A stretch of DNA of 63,737 bases, filler included, from Globobulimina sp. (taxonomy: Eukaryota): NCBI GenBank assembly GCA_003354225.1. It is 16 parts of 16 records of this genome, joined end to end, with 100 filler letters (N's around TTAATTAATTAA, not from the genome) between each part and the next. Parts side by side here need not be neighbours in the genome. Positions count along the whole stretch, not along the records: positions 1 to 3,895 come from PIVH01001918.1; positions 3,996 to 7,890 come from PIVH01001919.1; positions 7,991 to 11,885 come from PIVH01001920.1; 13 more parts are not named here. One strand, 5' to 3'. The number at the start of each line of letters is the position of its first letter. Position 1 is the first letter of the stretch. The translations under genes were made by a program, and so were the position numbers. The notes under the pieces were generated by a model. It was given only the letters and a program-made list of their open reading frames with translations. It did no database searches and was not told where the DNA came from. Positions 1 to 10,044 of this stretch are shown piece after piece.

Positions 1-407
1 GCTGATGATGGTTGTGCTGATTCGATAGTATCATGCTGCAGCTGTACAACATTTGATTTATTATAACAACAACATTGATATGTTGCAAATAATAAATATG
101 AAATAAACATAATAAATGTAACAAATTCCGGATTAATTAGCCATTCAACTGATGCTTTTGCAACACACCAAGGACAATGTGGTCCGGTCGTATTATGTAT
201 ATCACAATGTTTTAATTGTGCTGCTGAAGTACTTCCGAAATAGCAGCCACAATTAAATATTGCACCACAGAACGGAGTCTGAAAATTCTTCACAAACAAA
301 TAAATCACCACAATCACTATTATCACTTCCAATATACGATATAACCAAATCTTCCACCTGCCGTTTTTGGTGCAATTCCTTAATTCTGTGCAGTCGCAGT
401 TGTGCAT
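1..407 (-). CDS. Cys-rich membrane protein, 3'-partial (absent from ORF track)
   Basis: Manual translation from ATG at 407, open to window start: MHNCDCTELRNCTKNGRWKIWLYRILEVIIVIVVIYLFVKNFQTPFCGAIFNCGCYFGSTSAAQLKHCDIHNTTGPHCPWCVAKASVEWLINPEFVTFIMFISYLLFATYQCCC... Two hydrophobic segments flank a Cys/His loop. Confidence 0.75.
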   Translation of the reverse strand, partial: MHNCDCTELRNCTKNGRWKIWLYRILEVIIVIVVIYLFVKNFQTPFCGAIFNCGCYFGSTSAAQLKHCDIHNTTGPHCPWCVAKASVEWLINPEFVTFIMFISYLLFATYQCCCYNKSNVVQLQHDTIESAQPSS

Positions 408-610
408 GTTCTGACAGTTGAGTTACAGTTGTGATTATCACAATTTTCTAAATTTATTATTGTTTGCCAAAAAAAACACTGGCACGAGACGCAAATAAAT
501 ATGTTTAGAGTATTGAAAAATTATATATGTTAGCATATGATCATCAACACTTTACGCGGGGATCAATCTGATTTATTATAGATATATTTTGGAATGTTGC
601 GCCGTCGCAT

Positions 611-1825
611 TTAATATTCAGTTTCCAATATAGATGCAATACATTTACAAACAAACATTTTCATTTTTTGCACATGAAAATCTGTCAAAATCTGGCAAAT
701 GTGATCGGAATTAGTTGGCATTTTTTTATTTTTATCCAATAATTTAGATTGTGATAACGTATGTTGTTTTCTGTTGTTTTGTGTAAAATAGTCAATTCCA
801 CGAAACTCACATCCAAAATCATTCTGTCCATCTAAAATTATATGATTACACAATAAAGCAACACAAACAGTGAGTGGATCGTGCAAATATGCGTAACATT
901 CGTTTCTATCGCATTTCCAGACAAATATCTGAGCATAAGACCATGCAACAAATGACCACTTCATATATTTTAATACAAATCGGCCTTTATCGTTATTATT
1001 ATTTAAATAGAAATCAATCCATTTCATTATCATTTTGCAATCATTTGGTGTGAAATATATTTTTAATGTCATATCGACCGGAATTAAAATCAATTTATAT
1101 GCGAATTTGCTCTCTTTTGCTTTGTTAAATATAAAATTAAACGCACATTTATCGCTCCTTATATTTGTATCCCTGATCTCTGTTATTATAAATCCGGACT
1201 TCCCGCCATGTTTTTCATCCATAATTAGCTGTTTATATCCATCTGTATTCAATATACAGCCTAAGAAACCACCCATAATTGTGATTGAATTTATTCTTTG
1301 TAGAAAAAGTGCGTCTTTTTTAATTGCTTTGGCAATATTACTCAAAGGACCAATGCAAATAATATTCAATTTATTGTCTGTATTTTCATATTTCTTTGCG
1401 AAATGCACCAACGCATCGACTGCATAGATTGAACGTTTCTGTTTCTCCGCTTTTGTAAACAAATCAAAACAATTAATAATCATAGAAAATAAATAAAATA
1501 TAATGAAGATAATGTTTGTGATTGTAAATGGATTAAAGAATTTATTGTTTAGTTTGGTTGAACTTCCCACGCAAATTGGAATATCATTCACAAATTGATG
1601 GACGTCGAACAGTTTTAATAATGTTTTACATTGTAATGCTTTTAATGCTGGTAAAAATCCAACAGTCGTAATTGCGCATAATTTGATAGATTTGCTATTT
1701 GGTTGCTCATTATTACAATTTTTGATAGCACCTAGTAATGTTAGTACAGCTAAGTCGTCGTCAATATCAACGCCAATGTCAGTATCTAATATTATTGGTA
1801 CAGTTTCTCTTACTTCACAAGACAT
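611..1825 (-). CDS. Inosine/uridine-preferring nucleoside hydrolase family protein
   Basis: N-terminal IILDTDIGVDIDDDLA Asp cluster, ICIGPLSNIA, IMGG, LIPVDMT and LHDPL motifs. First ATG at 1825. Confidence 0.9.
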   Translation of the reverse strand: MSCEVRETVPIILDTDIGVDIDDDLAVLTLLGAIKNCNNEQPNSKSIKLCAITTVGFLPALKALQCKTLLKLFDVHQFVNDIPICVGSSTKLNNKFFNPFTITNIIFIIFYLFSMIINCFDLFTKAEKQKRSIYAVDALVHFAKKYENTDNKLNIICIGPLSNIAKAIKKDALFLQRINSITIMGGFLGCILNTDGYKQLIMDEKHGGKSGFIITEIRDTNIRSDKCAFNFIFNKAKESKFAYKLILIPVDMTLKIYFTPNDCKMIMKWIDFYLNNNNDKGRFVLKYMKWSFVAWSYAQIFVWKCDRNECYAYLHDPLTVCVALLCNHIILDGQNDFGCEFRGIDYFTQNNRKQHTLSQSKLLDKNKKMPTNSDHICQILTDFHVQKMKMFVCKCIASILETEY

Positions 1826-1994
1826 TAATGATACTGCAAAACTTTGCAAAACTTTTAATTTTCAAATGCAATATTGCATAATCACGATGAGCTGAATTAT
1901 GAACACAAACAAAAACAAACAAAAATAATTTGTATACACTAAAAAACATTATAAAAATCGCAAAACAATAACGTTAACTCGGAGTCCATAGCAA

Positions 1995-3875
1995 TTATCC
2001 GCTGTAAAATACTGCTTTTTTATCAATTGGACCATTTTTGGTGGAAAACAATTGTTTGAGATGTCGATTATTTTGAATAAATTGAAAAATATTCTGTTGT
2101 TTCTTATCATCATTTGTTATATATTGAGAATTATTTGCGCTGTCTCCAACTTCTTTTCTTGTCAATAGAAATTGATCTATTTTTTTAAACGCATTTATGT
2201 AAACAACAATTAATTCGTTACATTTCTTTCCTAAAATCAGCATAAAAGTGCCAATCTCTTTATTTTTCAAAAATCCTTTTCTTTCGATCTCACATTCATT
2301 ATAAAAAATATCCAGAAATATAGATTGCGCATATTTTTCTATGTCATATAAATCCGCCACAATATGGCTCATTGCAATGAACCATTTCCAAAATGTCTCA
2401 AAATATTTAATATAAACTGCCTCATATTCAATCTGCCCATTCGTGCACTGAACAAACCAATTTACAATCAACTCTTTCTCAAATTGTATTTTTTTTAATT
2501 GCGTAATATCATGGAAATGCTTGCAAAGCGGTCCTTGGAGATCCCGTAATTTTGCATAGTTTGTATTATTTTTATCAGCAATGGCCGCCCAAACACTATT
2601 TGCATATTTATCCTGAATATATTCATCATACTCTGCGATCGCAGGCGTATCCCATAACTCGTCCGTATGACTGCTTTGTATCTGTAACATCAGCAGCGGA
2701 GCATTTGGATTATTTTTCTGATCCTCTTCTTGAACATCGTCGGCATAAATTATTTGACTCACTCGGTAGTGGTTACTGACGCTTTCCTCACTCATCACGT
2801 CCTCCTCATGTTCGCTGATGGCCAGCAACTCCGATTCCTGCGGTTGCAGTGTCGCAACTGGCGTTGCATTGAAATTATATGAATCTGTATCGTAATGATT
2901 CATCAATAATACTTTCAATTCGTTGAACGGAATGCCTTGCAAAATGGGCTGCAAATCATCCAAATTCTTTGCTTCCTGAATGCTACAAATCGTATCCGCA
3001 GTGTCCTGGTCCTGCTCTTCCAGAATGGCTGGACTTTGCCGACGAGCTCTATTATTATTTAACATATTTTTGCGCGTTGGCTTTTGTATTTGTACCGTAA
3101 CATTATATTGAAGGTCGTCTGGATGCATCGACCTTTCTCGCAAATGATGGATATGCCGCAAACTGCCTAAGTGCGAGCCAAAGGTTCGTGAGCCATTTAT
3201 TGCTCGCGATCTGTCATCAAAGAGTCTGGGGATTGTCTTATGAAAGTCAGTGATCCAGCCACTATGTGTCGTGTTCAATTTCGTCACAATGGAATCTAAA
3301 TTAATTGCAGTGTCCTCAGTGTCTTGTGTGCGACACAGAAATTGGTAGAAGGCCGCCACGCGTTTGATATTTCCAGGCTTGCCGTCAAATAAATGGTGCA
3401 ATTCATCATTTTGTAGCACTTCTAATATGTCAAACGAATAATAGCAGAGTTGCACAAATAGCTCGGCAATGTCTTGTTTGTTTAGCGGATTTATGAGCAC
3501 AATGTCAAATTTATACTGTTTATCTTCAAAGATGGATAAAAACGTATCATTGCGTGATAAACGTGGCTGCGTTGCTTTTTTATGCGTCGGTTCCACAAAT
3601 ACTGACTGTTCTAACTGCACAGATTGCGGTCCATTGCGTAGTAACTCTTTGACAACGCTGGTTTGTGCAGTCGCGGTGCTAACTAACTGTGATATGGCGG
3701 GCGCGACGACTGTAGTTGGAATGGCACCATATCCGTTATTCGGCGATACATGTATTTTATGCTGGTATTCCATGGTAAAAATGCAGGGACTTCGATCGTT
3801 TTTATTCTTGCACGCGAATTCGTCCATAAAATGGTATACTTCGTCATTATCCCAACAATCCACATTAAATAACAC
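1995..3875 (-). CDS. Protein with C-terminal STAT-like linker and SH2 domain, probably 5'-partial
   Basis: FETFWKWF...DLY...FLKNKEIGTFMLIL...LIVVYI resembles the STAT linker-SH2 signature (FWxWF...GTFLLRFS). Acidic low-complexity middle region. Confidence 0.6.
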   Translation of the reverse strand: MLFNVDCWDNDEVYHFMDEFACKNKNDRSPCIFTMEYQHKIHVSPNNGYGAIPTTVVAPAISQLVSTATAQTSVVKELLRNGPQSVQLEQSVFVEPTHKKATQPRLSRNDTFLSIFEDKQYKFDIVLINPLNKQDIAELFVQLCYYSFDILEVLQNDELHHLFDGKPGNIKRVAAFYQFLCRTQDTEDTAINLDSIVTKLNTTHSGWITDFHKTIPRLFDDRSRAINGSRTFGSHLGSLRHIHHLRERSMHPDDLQYNVTVQIQKPTRKNMLNNNRARRQSPAILEEQDQDTADTICSIQEAKNLDDLQPILQGIPFNELKVLLMNHYDTDSYNFNATPVATLQPQESELLAISEHEEDVMSEESVSNHYRVSQIIYADDVQEEDQKNNPNAPLLMLQIQSSHTDELWDTPAIAEYDEYIQDKYANSVWAAIADKNNTNYAKLRDLQGPLCKHFHDITQLKKIQFEKELIVNWFVQCTNGQIEYEAVYIKYFETFWKWFIAMSHIVADLYDIEKYAQSIFLDIFYNECEIERKGFLKNKEIGTFMLILGKKCNELIVVYINAFKKIDQFLLTRKEVGDSANNSQYITNDDKKQQNIFQFIQNNRHLKQLFSTKNGPIDKKAVFYSG

Positions 3876-3895
3876 AAAGCAAATGTTGTACTGTT

Positions 3896-3995
3896 NNNNN
3901 NNNNNNNNNNNNNNNNNNNNNNNNNNNNNNNNNNNNNNNTTAATTAATTAANNNNNNNNNNNNNNNNNNNNNNNNNNNNNNNNNNNNNNNNNNNN
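3896..3995. other. Artificial 100-nt contig spacer (first of 15)
   Basis: N-run + TTAATTAATTAA (stops in all six frames) + N-run. Identical spacers at 7891-7990, 11886-11985, 15880-15979, 19872-19971, 23864-23963, 27855-27954, 31846-31945, 35834-35933, 39822-39921, 43810-43909, 47796-47895, 51782-51881, 55768-55867, 59753-59852. Contig lengths never increase, running from 3895 to 3885 bp. Confidence 0.99.
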
Positions 3996-4229
3996 AATTC
4001 TATCAGGCTTTTGCCAGATGGCTCAAGGGCGGAGATTACCATTGAAAGTGCCGGAGATAGCACCGAAGAAACCGACGTGCTTGAACTCATTGCTGACCAC
4101 TGGAATAAAATTGGAATCAAGATATTTGTTCGAGCCTCTCAACGCGAATTGTTCCGGCGAAGGGCACGTTCAGGTGAATCTCAAATGTCGGTATTTCCCG
4201 GTTTCAATACTGGATTGGCCACAAGTCAA
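3996..4229 (+). CDS. Fragment of a bacterial ABC transporter peptide-binding protein (family 5, DppA/OppA-like)
   Basis: IRLLPDGSRAEITIESAGDSTEETDVLELIADHWNKIGIKIFVRASQRELFRRR resembles alphaproteobacterial SBP family 5 C-terminal region. Visibly GC-richer than the sequence downstream. Confidence 0.75.
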
Positions 4230-7200
4230 ATGAAAGTAGAGCACAAAGTTGACAATAGTCACCATACGCAAGTTAAAATATTCATTCTCGCCAAATGTGT
4301 GACTCGTCCAATTGGTTGTTGTGCGTGGATATGTTTTACATTGATATATATGATGATATTTTTATTCATTTTATATTATCCATCCAATACAATGTGTCTA
4401 TCATTTAAATTGAGCGATTTTAAAATAATGGAAAGCAAAATATCAAGTGATTTCTTCCAAAAACAATTGGCCTCCGCAACCAGCTTTAAGTATGGAATTA
4501 CATACTTATTTTTTGTTAAATAATATACTACATTAACTACAAATAATTAAAAGGAAACTTTATGTGAACACAAAAGATGATGTTCAAAGAAGAAGATTAC
4601 AAAACAACAATACAAATGCACAATATACATATTCGACAATATGGACATACGATGACTATATATATCGCAAATGGGCAGCTATTTTTTTGGAAGTATTCTA
4701 TTTCAGTAAAAATAGTGATAATATTTTAACGACAGACTTATTGAATAAAGTTCATCGAATTGAGCAAGGAATGAAATCATGGAATAACTACCATAATCAT
4801 TCATTGTTATTAAGGTGTCGCCAGCCACAATGTTCAGTAAATGCCGATGTATATATTGAATCACCGCCAGGTTCGTTAACCACTTATTTATATCCCCAAA
4901 CGTTTGCTGATTATTATATTTATGATGGTAACGGTGCTGAATTATGCTGTGACATTAAATCAACATTGCGAGAATATGTCAATATTGATATCAGCACAGA
5001 TTTCTTCGATTTCAATTTTGATCTCGTTGAGGTAAAATCAAAATATTTAGCTGCAGTATATCCGTTTGGTTATATGAATATAAATGAAACCAGACAAGAT
5101 TTGATTAATTTTGTCATGAGCTTTGAGAGTTATTTTAACCATCATTTACCAAATGATATTACATCAGATATTGGCATAGCTTATACAGATTCGACGGGAG
5201 CTCTCATTGATAATGAAATATTAACGCATTTCTATTCTGATTTAAATCTAGCGATCATATCGTTGATATTAACATTTATTTTGGCATATTGTTATATTCG
5301 CTCAGTGTTTATAACCGTGTTTGGATTAATTGGCACATTATCTGCCTTCATTCCATGTTTTGTTATCATGAATATTGTGTATGGTGATTCATTTAATTTC
5401 ATTGGTTTAATATCAATTTGGATAATATTAGGCATTGGATCGGACGATATCTTTGTGTTTCTATCATCATATCGCCGTTCCTCAATATATTTATCTGATG
5501 CGGAAAGAATGTCATTTGCATTTCGCGAGGCTGGTTCCGCGATGTTAGTGACCTCGGTCACCACTGCCTTTTCATTTTATAGTTTATGCTTTTCAAAGAT
5601 ATCACCTGTTCCGCAGTTTGGTTTTTTTGTGGGAACCTTAGTGATTTTAAATTATCTTATTGTTATGACATGGTTTCCTGCCATTCTTCAAACATATATT
5701 TGCTTAATTAGATGGTTAAAAAAACACAATTCTTCGCTGGCTAAATGTTCCAAGAAATGTAATGTTATACCAATGTTAGACGCTGATCATGCGATGGATA
5801 ATGATGATGATTTAATTAATGATAATTCAGATATCGATGATGCTGAAACCTGTACACAGTCGCAAATGGAAAATAAAATAACATTTAAAGAATATGAATT
5901 TTCAAAATGCACAAAAATATACTTTATTATTATGAAAAAATATCATTTGGGATTTATATTAATCGGATGTGTATTAATATTATCTGTTTATTTTACTTAT
6001 TACTGCACAAAAGTTTCAATCGGTAATCAAAGTATTAAATTATTGCCGGAGAATACAAATTGGGGACAATTGCAAATTGCAATGAATAGCATTGATATTA
6101 ATAGATATGATTATATTGGCGGTGGTGGTGGAGGCACTGGCTTTGACATGAAAGGAAATATCATAGTAAGCCACACCAAGAAACCAACAAATTCCCCAAC
6201 AACACTCAAACCAACCAAACATCCCACTGTACCCACTGTAGCAACTACGCATAAACCAACAAACCACCCAACTGCACCAATAACAACAACTACAAATGAG
6301 CCAATCCGTAAACCAACATTTACTGCAACCAATACGCCATCATATGCTCCCACTAAAAGACCAACAAATAAGCCACAAACAACCACCAATATGCCAACTT
6401 CTTCGCCCATTCATAGTAAACCAACAATATCTCCAATAATATCATTTGTGACTGATATCCCAACATTATCTCCAATTACTATGATGCCCACATATAGCGG
6501 AGAAACGAAAACAACCACATCCCACACTACGATAAATCCAACACGTTCGCCAATTACAATAACAACTATAGCTAATAAACCAAGCAGTTTACCATCAACA
6601 ACTCCAACGGAAGCACCAACTGTTAAATCCACAGATAAACCCACAAATATACCAACTGGTAGTCCAACAGCACCATCATACCAAACTACATTTTCTCCAA
6701 CTTATTCGTCTCCGTTACAAACAACATTTGTATGCAATAACGATTTAACGCCATTCCAAGAAATACGGATTGGTGATCCATTTTGGTGTAAGGTAGAATT
6801 ATATGATAATAATTACACAGCAACGTTTTTAAAACCATCACAATTAGCAGTTGTATTTGATGGCATTACTGATATTGCCGGCTGCGATACATTCAATTCA
6901 GATTCACCGTATTATATTAATTCTGATGATAGAAAATGGTGTTATATGGACAAAGCATATTGGAATACAAGCGAATATGAACAAATATCCAATTACATTT
7001 ATCAATATAATGCAGCAACATATATACCAACACAACCCCAATGGTTACAAATATCATTGATGATTTATTACGAAAATAAATGGAATTTAATTGAAACTAC
7101 GTATAATTTCACAATTGTTGAATTTTATTCAGATTTTACGAAAGAGAAAGTTAGTATCCATGATTCAATAACAATTTATTTATTATTTGGAACAGAATCA

Positions 7201-7890
7201 GTGACTGATTACAGCACGACATGCTCACACAATGCAGCACCACACGGTACTGTTAATTTTAATGATAATTTCAATATTTACTCGTCATTTGCACAAATTC
7301 GAGCAATTGATTTATGTCATGCTTTGCTAGAATTAGGTGAGAATAACGAGATAATGTATAGACGCGATGACAAACAAAAACATTGTTTGATGAAAGAATT
7401 TAAACAATATTTAAATGCATCCTATCCAAGTATTCATTATCCACTCTTAAATAAAACACAATTTAATACGTTGATACGTGAATATATACTTAAAAATGGG
7501 GATTCTTATGGTTCGTGGATTGGATTCATTGACAATGAATACAGTTCGTGGCTGGGATGGGATGCAAATAAAACAACAATAAAATGGATGTATCAAATGG
7601 TTGAAACACAGATTGATTCCGGATTATCTGCATCAGCTCTGTATGAATGGTATGATAAATGGCAGGATTTTATAACTGATTTTAATAAAGAAAGTGATGA
7701 CTCATTTATTGGTTTGCAAACCTCCGGTTCCTATATCAAAATGGAAGTTGAAATTGCATTTTTAAATGGATTCATCAAATCGGTGGCTTATACCATTATT
7801 GTTTGTGGTGTGATAATGATTATTTTCACACAGAATATTGCGTTATCATTGATTGTGTGTTTGTACATTGTTATTATTGTAATTTGGGTG
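4230..7890 (+). CDS. Dispatched/Patched-family sterol-sensing-domain RND protein, 3'-partial; intron 4490-4553
   Basis: LGIGSDDIFVF and AGSAMLVTSVTTAFSF SSD motifs, multiple TM segments. A 64-nt GT-AG intron joins the 4230 frame to ORF 4564 in frame (SFK/KLYVNTK). Confidence 0.88.
6175..6720 (+). repeat. Pro/Thr-rich mucin-like coding repeat (PTxxPT)
   Basis: KPTNSPTTLKPTKHPT...SPTAPS repeats inside the second extracellular loop of the Dispatched-like protein. Confidence 0.85.
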
Positions 7891-8091
7891 NNNNNNNNNN
7901 NNNNNNNNNNNNNNNNNNNNNNNNNNNNNNNNNNTTAATTAATTAANNNNNNNNNNNNNNNNNNNNNNNNNNNNNNNNNNNNNNNNNNNNCTATCGACTG
8001 CCTTTGTTTCTCATATCATCGCTAATTCAACTACATTCACATAACAACAAGATGCTATCCAGTATATGGGTGTGAATAATAGAGAGGCGTC

Positions 8092-8739
8092 ATGGGAAGA
8101 AAAATTGCCATTATTGATGAAGAAATCAAGATGAATGCTGATGAGTTCATTACCGGAGGAAACACCCTAAAGCAGACAACACAAATAGCCAAAAAACTCT
8201 CTGCTGACAAGGGGCTTGTTTACTTAAACCTCACTGCAGGCGGCAAACATGAAGATGCCATTAGTATAACCGGCAACCAGTTAAAATGGCCCTATGCTGC
8301 GCCCGGTCCGTGGAAAGATTATCATGGATACAGCGGCCATAGAAGCATGCCGCCGAATTATATGCCTGATGGCGTGAACGTATCTCTGCATGCGGAAATT
8401 AAAAAAGCAGTGGAAACGACAACCAGTGATTTTGATAAGCGAGCCAAGATATTTGCATGCGGAAAAATACCGACACCTGAATTTGCAAACCAAATTTTGG
8501 AAGAAGGAAGTGGTGATTGTGTGAGTGTTTGCAGGGCAATCCTGTGTGATAGTGAATGGCCGAACAAAGGAAAAGATGGCCGTTCAGATGAAATTGTAAA
8601 CTGTATTTATTGTAATCAATGCATGAAAACGTGCGGAGAGGGTTGTACACAGTGCGTTCAATGGAAAGAAAAAGAACATCCCCTGGAGCACTTTGGATTT
8701 CCGCCATTTATAAAAATGAGTGAAAAGAAGAAAAAATGA
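8092..8739 (+). CDS. NADH:flavin oxidoreductase (Old Yellow Enzyme family), C-terminal half only
   Basis: MNADEFITGG, ACGKIPTPEFANQILEEGSGDCVSVCRAILCDSEWPNK, and CIYCNQC Fe-S motif. In-frame stops lie just upstream, so the N-terminal barrel half is missing. Confidence 0.8.
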   Translation: MGRKIAIIDEEIKMNADEFITGGNTLKQTTQIAKKLSADKGLVYLNLTAGGKHEDAISITGNQLKWPYAAPGPWKDYHGYSGHRSMPPNYMPDGVNVSLHAEIKKAVETTTSDFDKRAKIFACGKIPTPEFANQILEEGSGDCVSVCRAILCDSEWPNKGKDGRSDEIVNCIYCNQCMKTCGEGCTQCVQWKEKEHPLEHFGFPPFIKMSEKKKK

Positions 8740-8775
8740 TTTCCCGGAAGAAATAGATAAGTACCAATGTAGTTT

Positions 8776-8813
8776 AAAGGGGCAGGTCTTGTTTGAAGGC
8801 TTGCCCCTTTTTT
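8776..8813 (+). terminator. Rho-independent terminator
   Basis: AAAGGGGCAGGTCTT-GTTTG-AAGGCTTGCCCCTTT stem-loop followed by a T run, 36 nt after the stop at 8739. Confidence 0.85.
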
Positions 8814-8900
8814 ATTCAACCAAAGAAAACCTGGTCCTCAGGGCCAGGTCATAGAAAAAAGGCTCTGCCTATTAAACGTGTACGTTCACGCTTACTCCAG

Positions 8901-9053
8901 CATGGAATACTGGAATGTTGGAATACTGGAATAATGGGATTAAAAGGGTAAAATCGTTATTAGATAATACAAGATAATACAGTTATTAAAATCAGATGTT
9001 TTCCTTATTTAAACCCAATCTTCCAACAATCCATTATTCCATTATTCCATATG
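8901..9053. repeat. Inverted pair of tandem octamer arrays (TGGAATAC-type)
   Basis: Left arm TGGAATAC TGGAATGT TGGAATAC TGGAATAA TGGGATTA. Right arm reverse complement reads TGGAATAA TGGAATAA TGGATTGT TGGAAGAT TGGGTTTA. AT-rich spacer between; lies between convergent genes. Confidence 0.9.
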
Positions 9054-9113
9054 CATGTTTGGTTTTTTTACTAAACGCAAATGGGGTAAAATCAAAGCAG
9101 GGCTGCCCCGGTT

Positions 9114-9557
9114 CTACTTCGGCTCAATCTGAGCTATAACAGGCGCGACACCACAGGTGCCTTCCGGGCTCAGCATGTGCTCCCGGTATTTCTTGAATCT
9201 ACCCTGAAAGTGTTCGTCGAGCTGATTCTGGTCGTATTCCACTGTATGCCAGACCTGGGCTCCCAGTTCTTCAGCCTGCTCCCGTGAGGCTTCCACATCA
9301 TCGACGTTAAAAATAACCCCGATGAGGCCTTCTCCTTTTTCTTCGATGATCTGTTTAACGAAGCTGTCACGGTCGGGAAGAGGCGCGACAAGTTCTATTC
9401 CTGCGTCCCAGCTCATGGCCACTTCAATTCCAAATGCGGCGGCATCTTCGGCATTGGCACCGGAGAATGTGGCGCCGAGAAGTTTGGAGTATACTTCAAT
9501 TCCATTTTGAAGATCATTTACGGCTATCGTGACTCTGTTAACGCCCTTAGGTTTCAT
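9114..9557 (-). CDS. VOC/glyoxalase family protein (methylmalonyl-CoA epimerase-like)
   Basis: VNRVTIAVNDL, IELVAP, GEGLIGVIFNVDDVE motifs. Strong AAGGAGG Shine-Dalgarno upstream. Confidence 0.88.
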   Translation of the reverse strand: MKPKGVNRVTIAVNDLQNGIEVYSKLLGATFSGANAEDAAAFGIEVAMSWDAGIELVAPLPDRDSFVKQIIEEKGEGLIGVIFNVDDVEASREQAEELGAQVWHTVEYDQNQLDEHFQGRFKKYREHMLSPEGTCGVAPVIAQIEPK

Positions 9558-9736
9558 TGTTCCTCCTTTTTGAAAAAATGTGAACCTTTTAATCTGAAAT
9601 GGCTGGCGAAGGTCCAGGTGTATGTCAATATTAAAACCAATAATTCCTGATTATATCGTATTTTGGGGAGCATTTATTGATGTTCAAATAACGCATTTAA
9701 TGCTAATAATTTCTATTAACATTTCACATACCATTT

Positions 9737-9856
9737 ATTTGCAGGGGCGAACCCGTGTGTTCGCCCTGGTGGTTATCCTGAAGAGAGAGTTATTTCGTAT
9801 ATACAAACGTCAAGGCATAACGACCGGGGCAGACACATGGGTCTGCCCCTACAAAT
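9737..9856. repeat. REPIN-like element: inverted pair of GTAG-family REP palindromes
   Basis: TGCAGGGGCGAACCCGTGTGTTCGCCC (9740-9766) and GGGCAGACACATGGGTCTGCCCCTACA (9827-9853; reverse complement TGTAGGGGCAGACCCATGTGTCTGCCC). Each forms a hairpin, with compensatory stem changes between the two. Confidence 0.88.
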
Positions 9857-9917
9857 TTAACATAATCGGATTTATTGGCATTCGATTATTATCCTATCCT
9901 CCCCAAAATTCGTTATA

Positions 9918-9934
9918 ATCAGAATGATTCTCAT
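9918..9934. promoter_or_regulatory. Fur-box-like palindrome
   Basis: ATCAGAATGATTCTCAT is a palindrome with one mismatched pair, resembling TGAGAATnATTCTCA. It lies 17 nt upstream of the -35 box. Confidence 0.45.
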
Positions 9935-9951
9935 ACTGTTTGAATGACAAC

Positions 9952-9980
9952 TTGACAGCTAATCATGATATACGTATAAA
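9952..9980 (+). promoter_or_regulatory. Sigma70-type promoter
   Basis: TTGACA-N17-TATAAA upstream of CDS 10045, which has a GGAG Shine-Dalgarno. Confidence 0.75.
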
Positions 9981-10044
9981 AATGGAATAAAAATTACAAC
10001 CGATAATTGATTTTATTTAAATACACCAGAATGGAGAAAAAGCC

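Noticed and set aside
253-441. 62-aa ORF from the track
   Set aside because: Overlaps the more convincing Cys-rich membrane protein frame (407 to 1).
6040-6644. Val/Gly-rich antisense ORFs
   Set aside because: Reverse-strand shadows of the Pro/Thr repeat.
9622-9918. 98-aa ORF
   Set aside because: Runs through the REPIN and regulatory DNA with no recognisable protein features; probably spurious.
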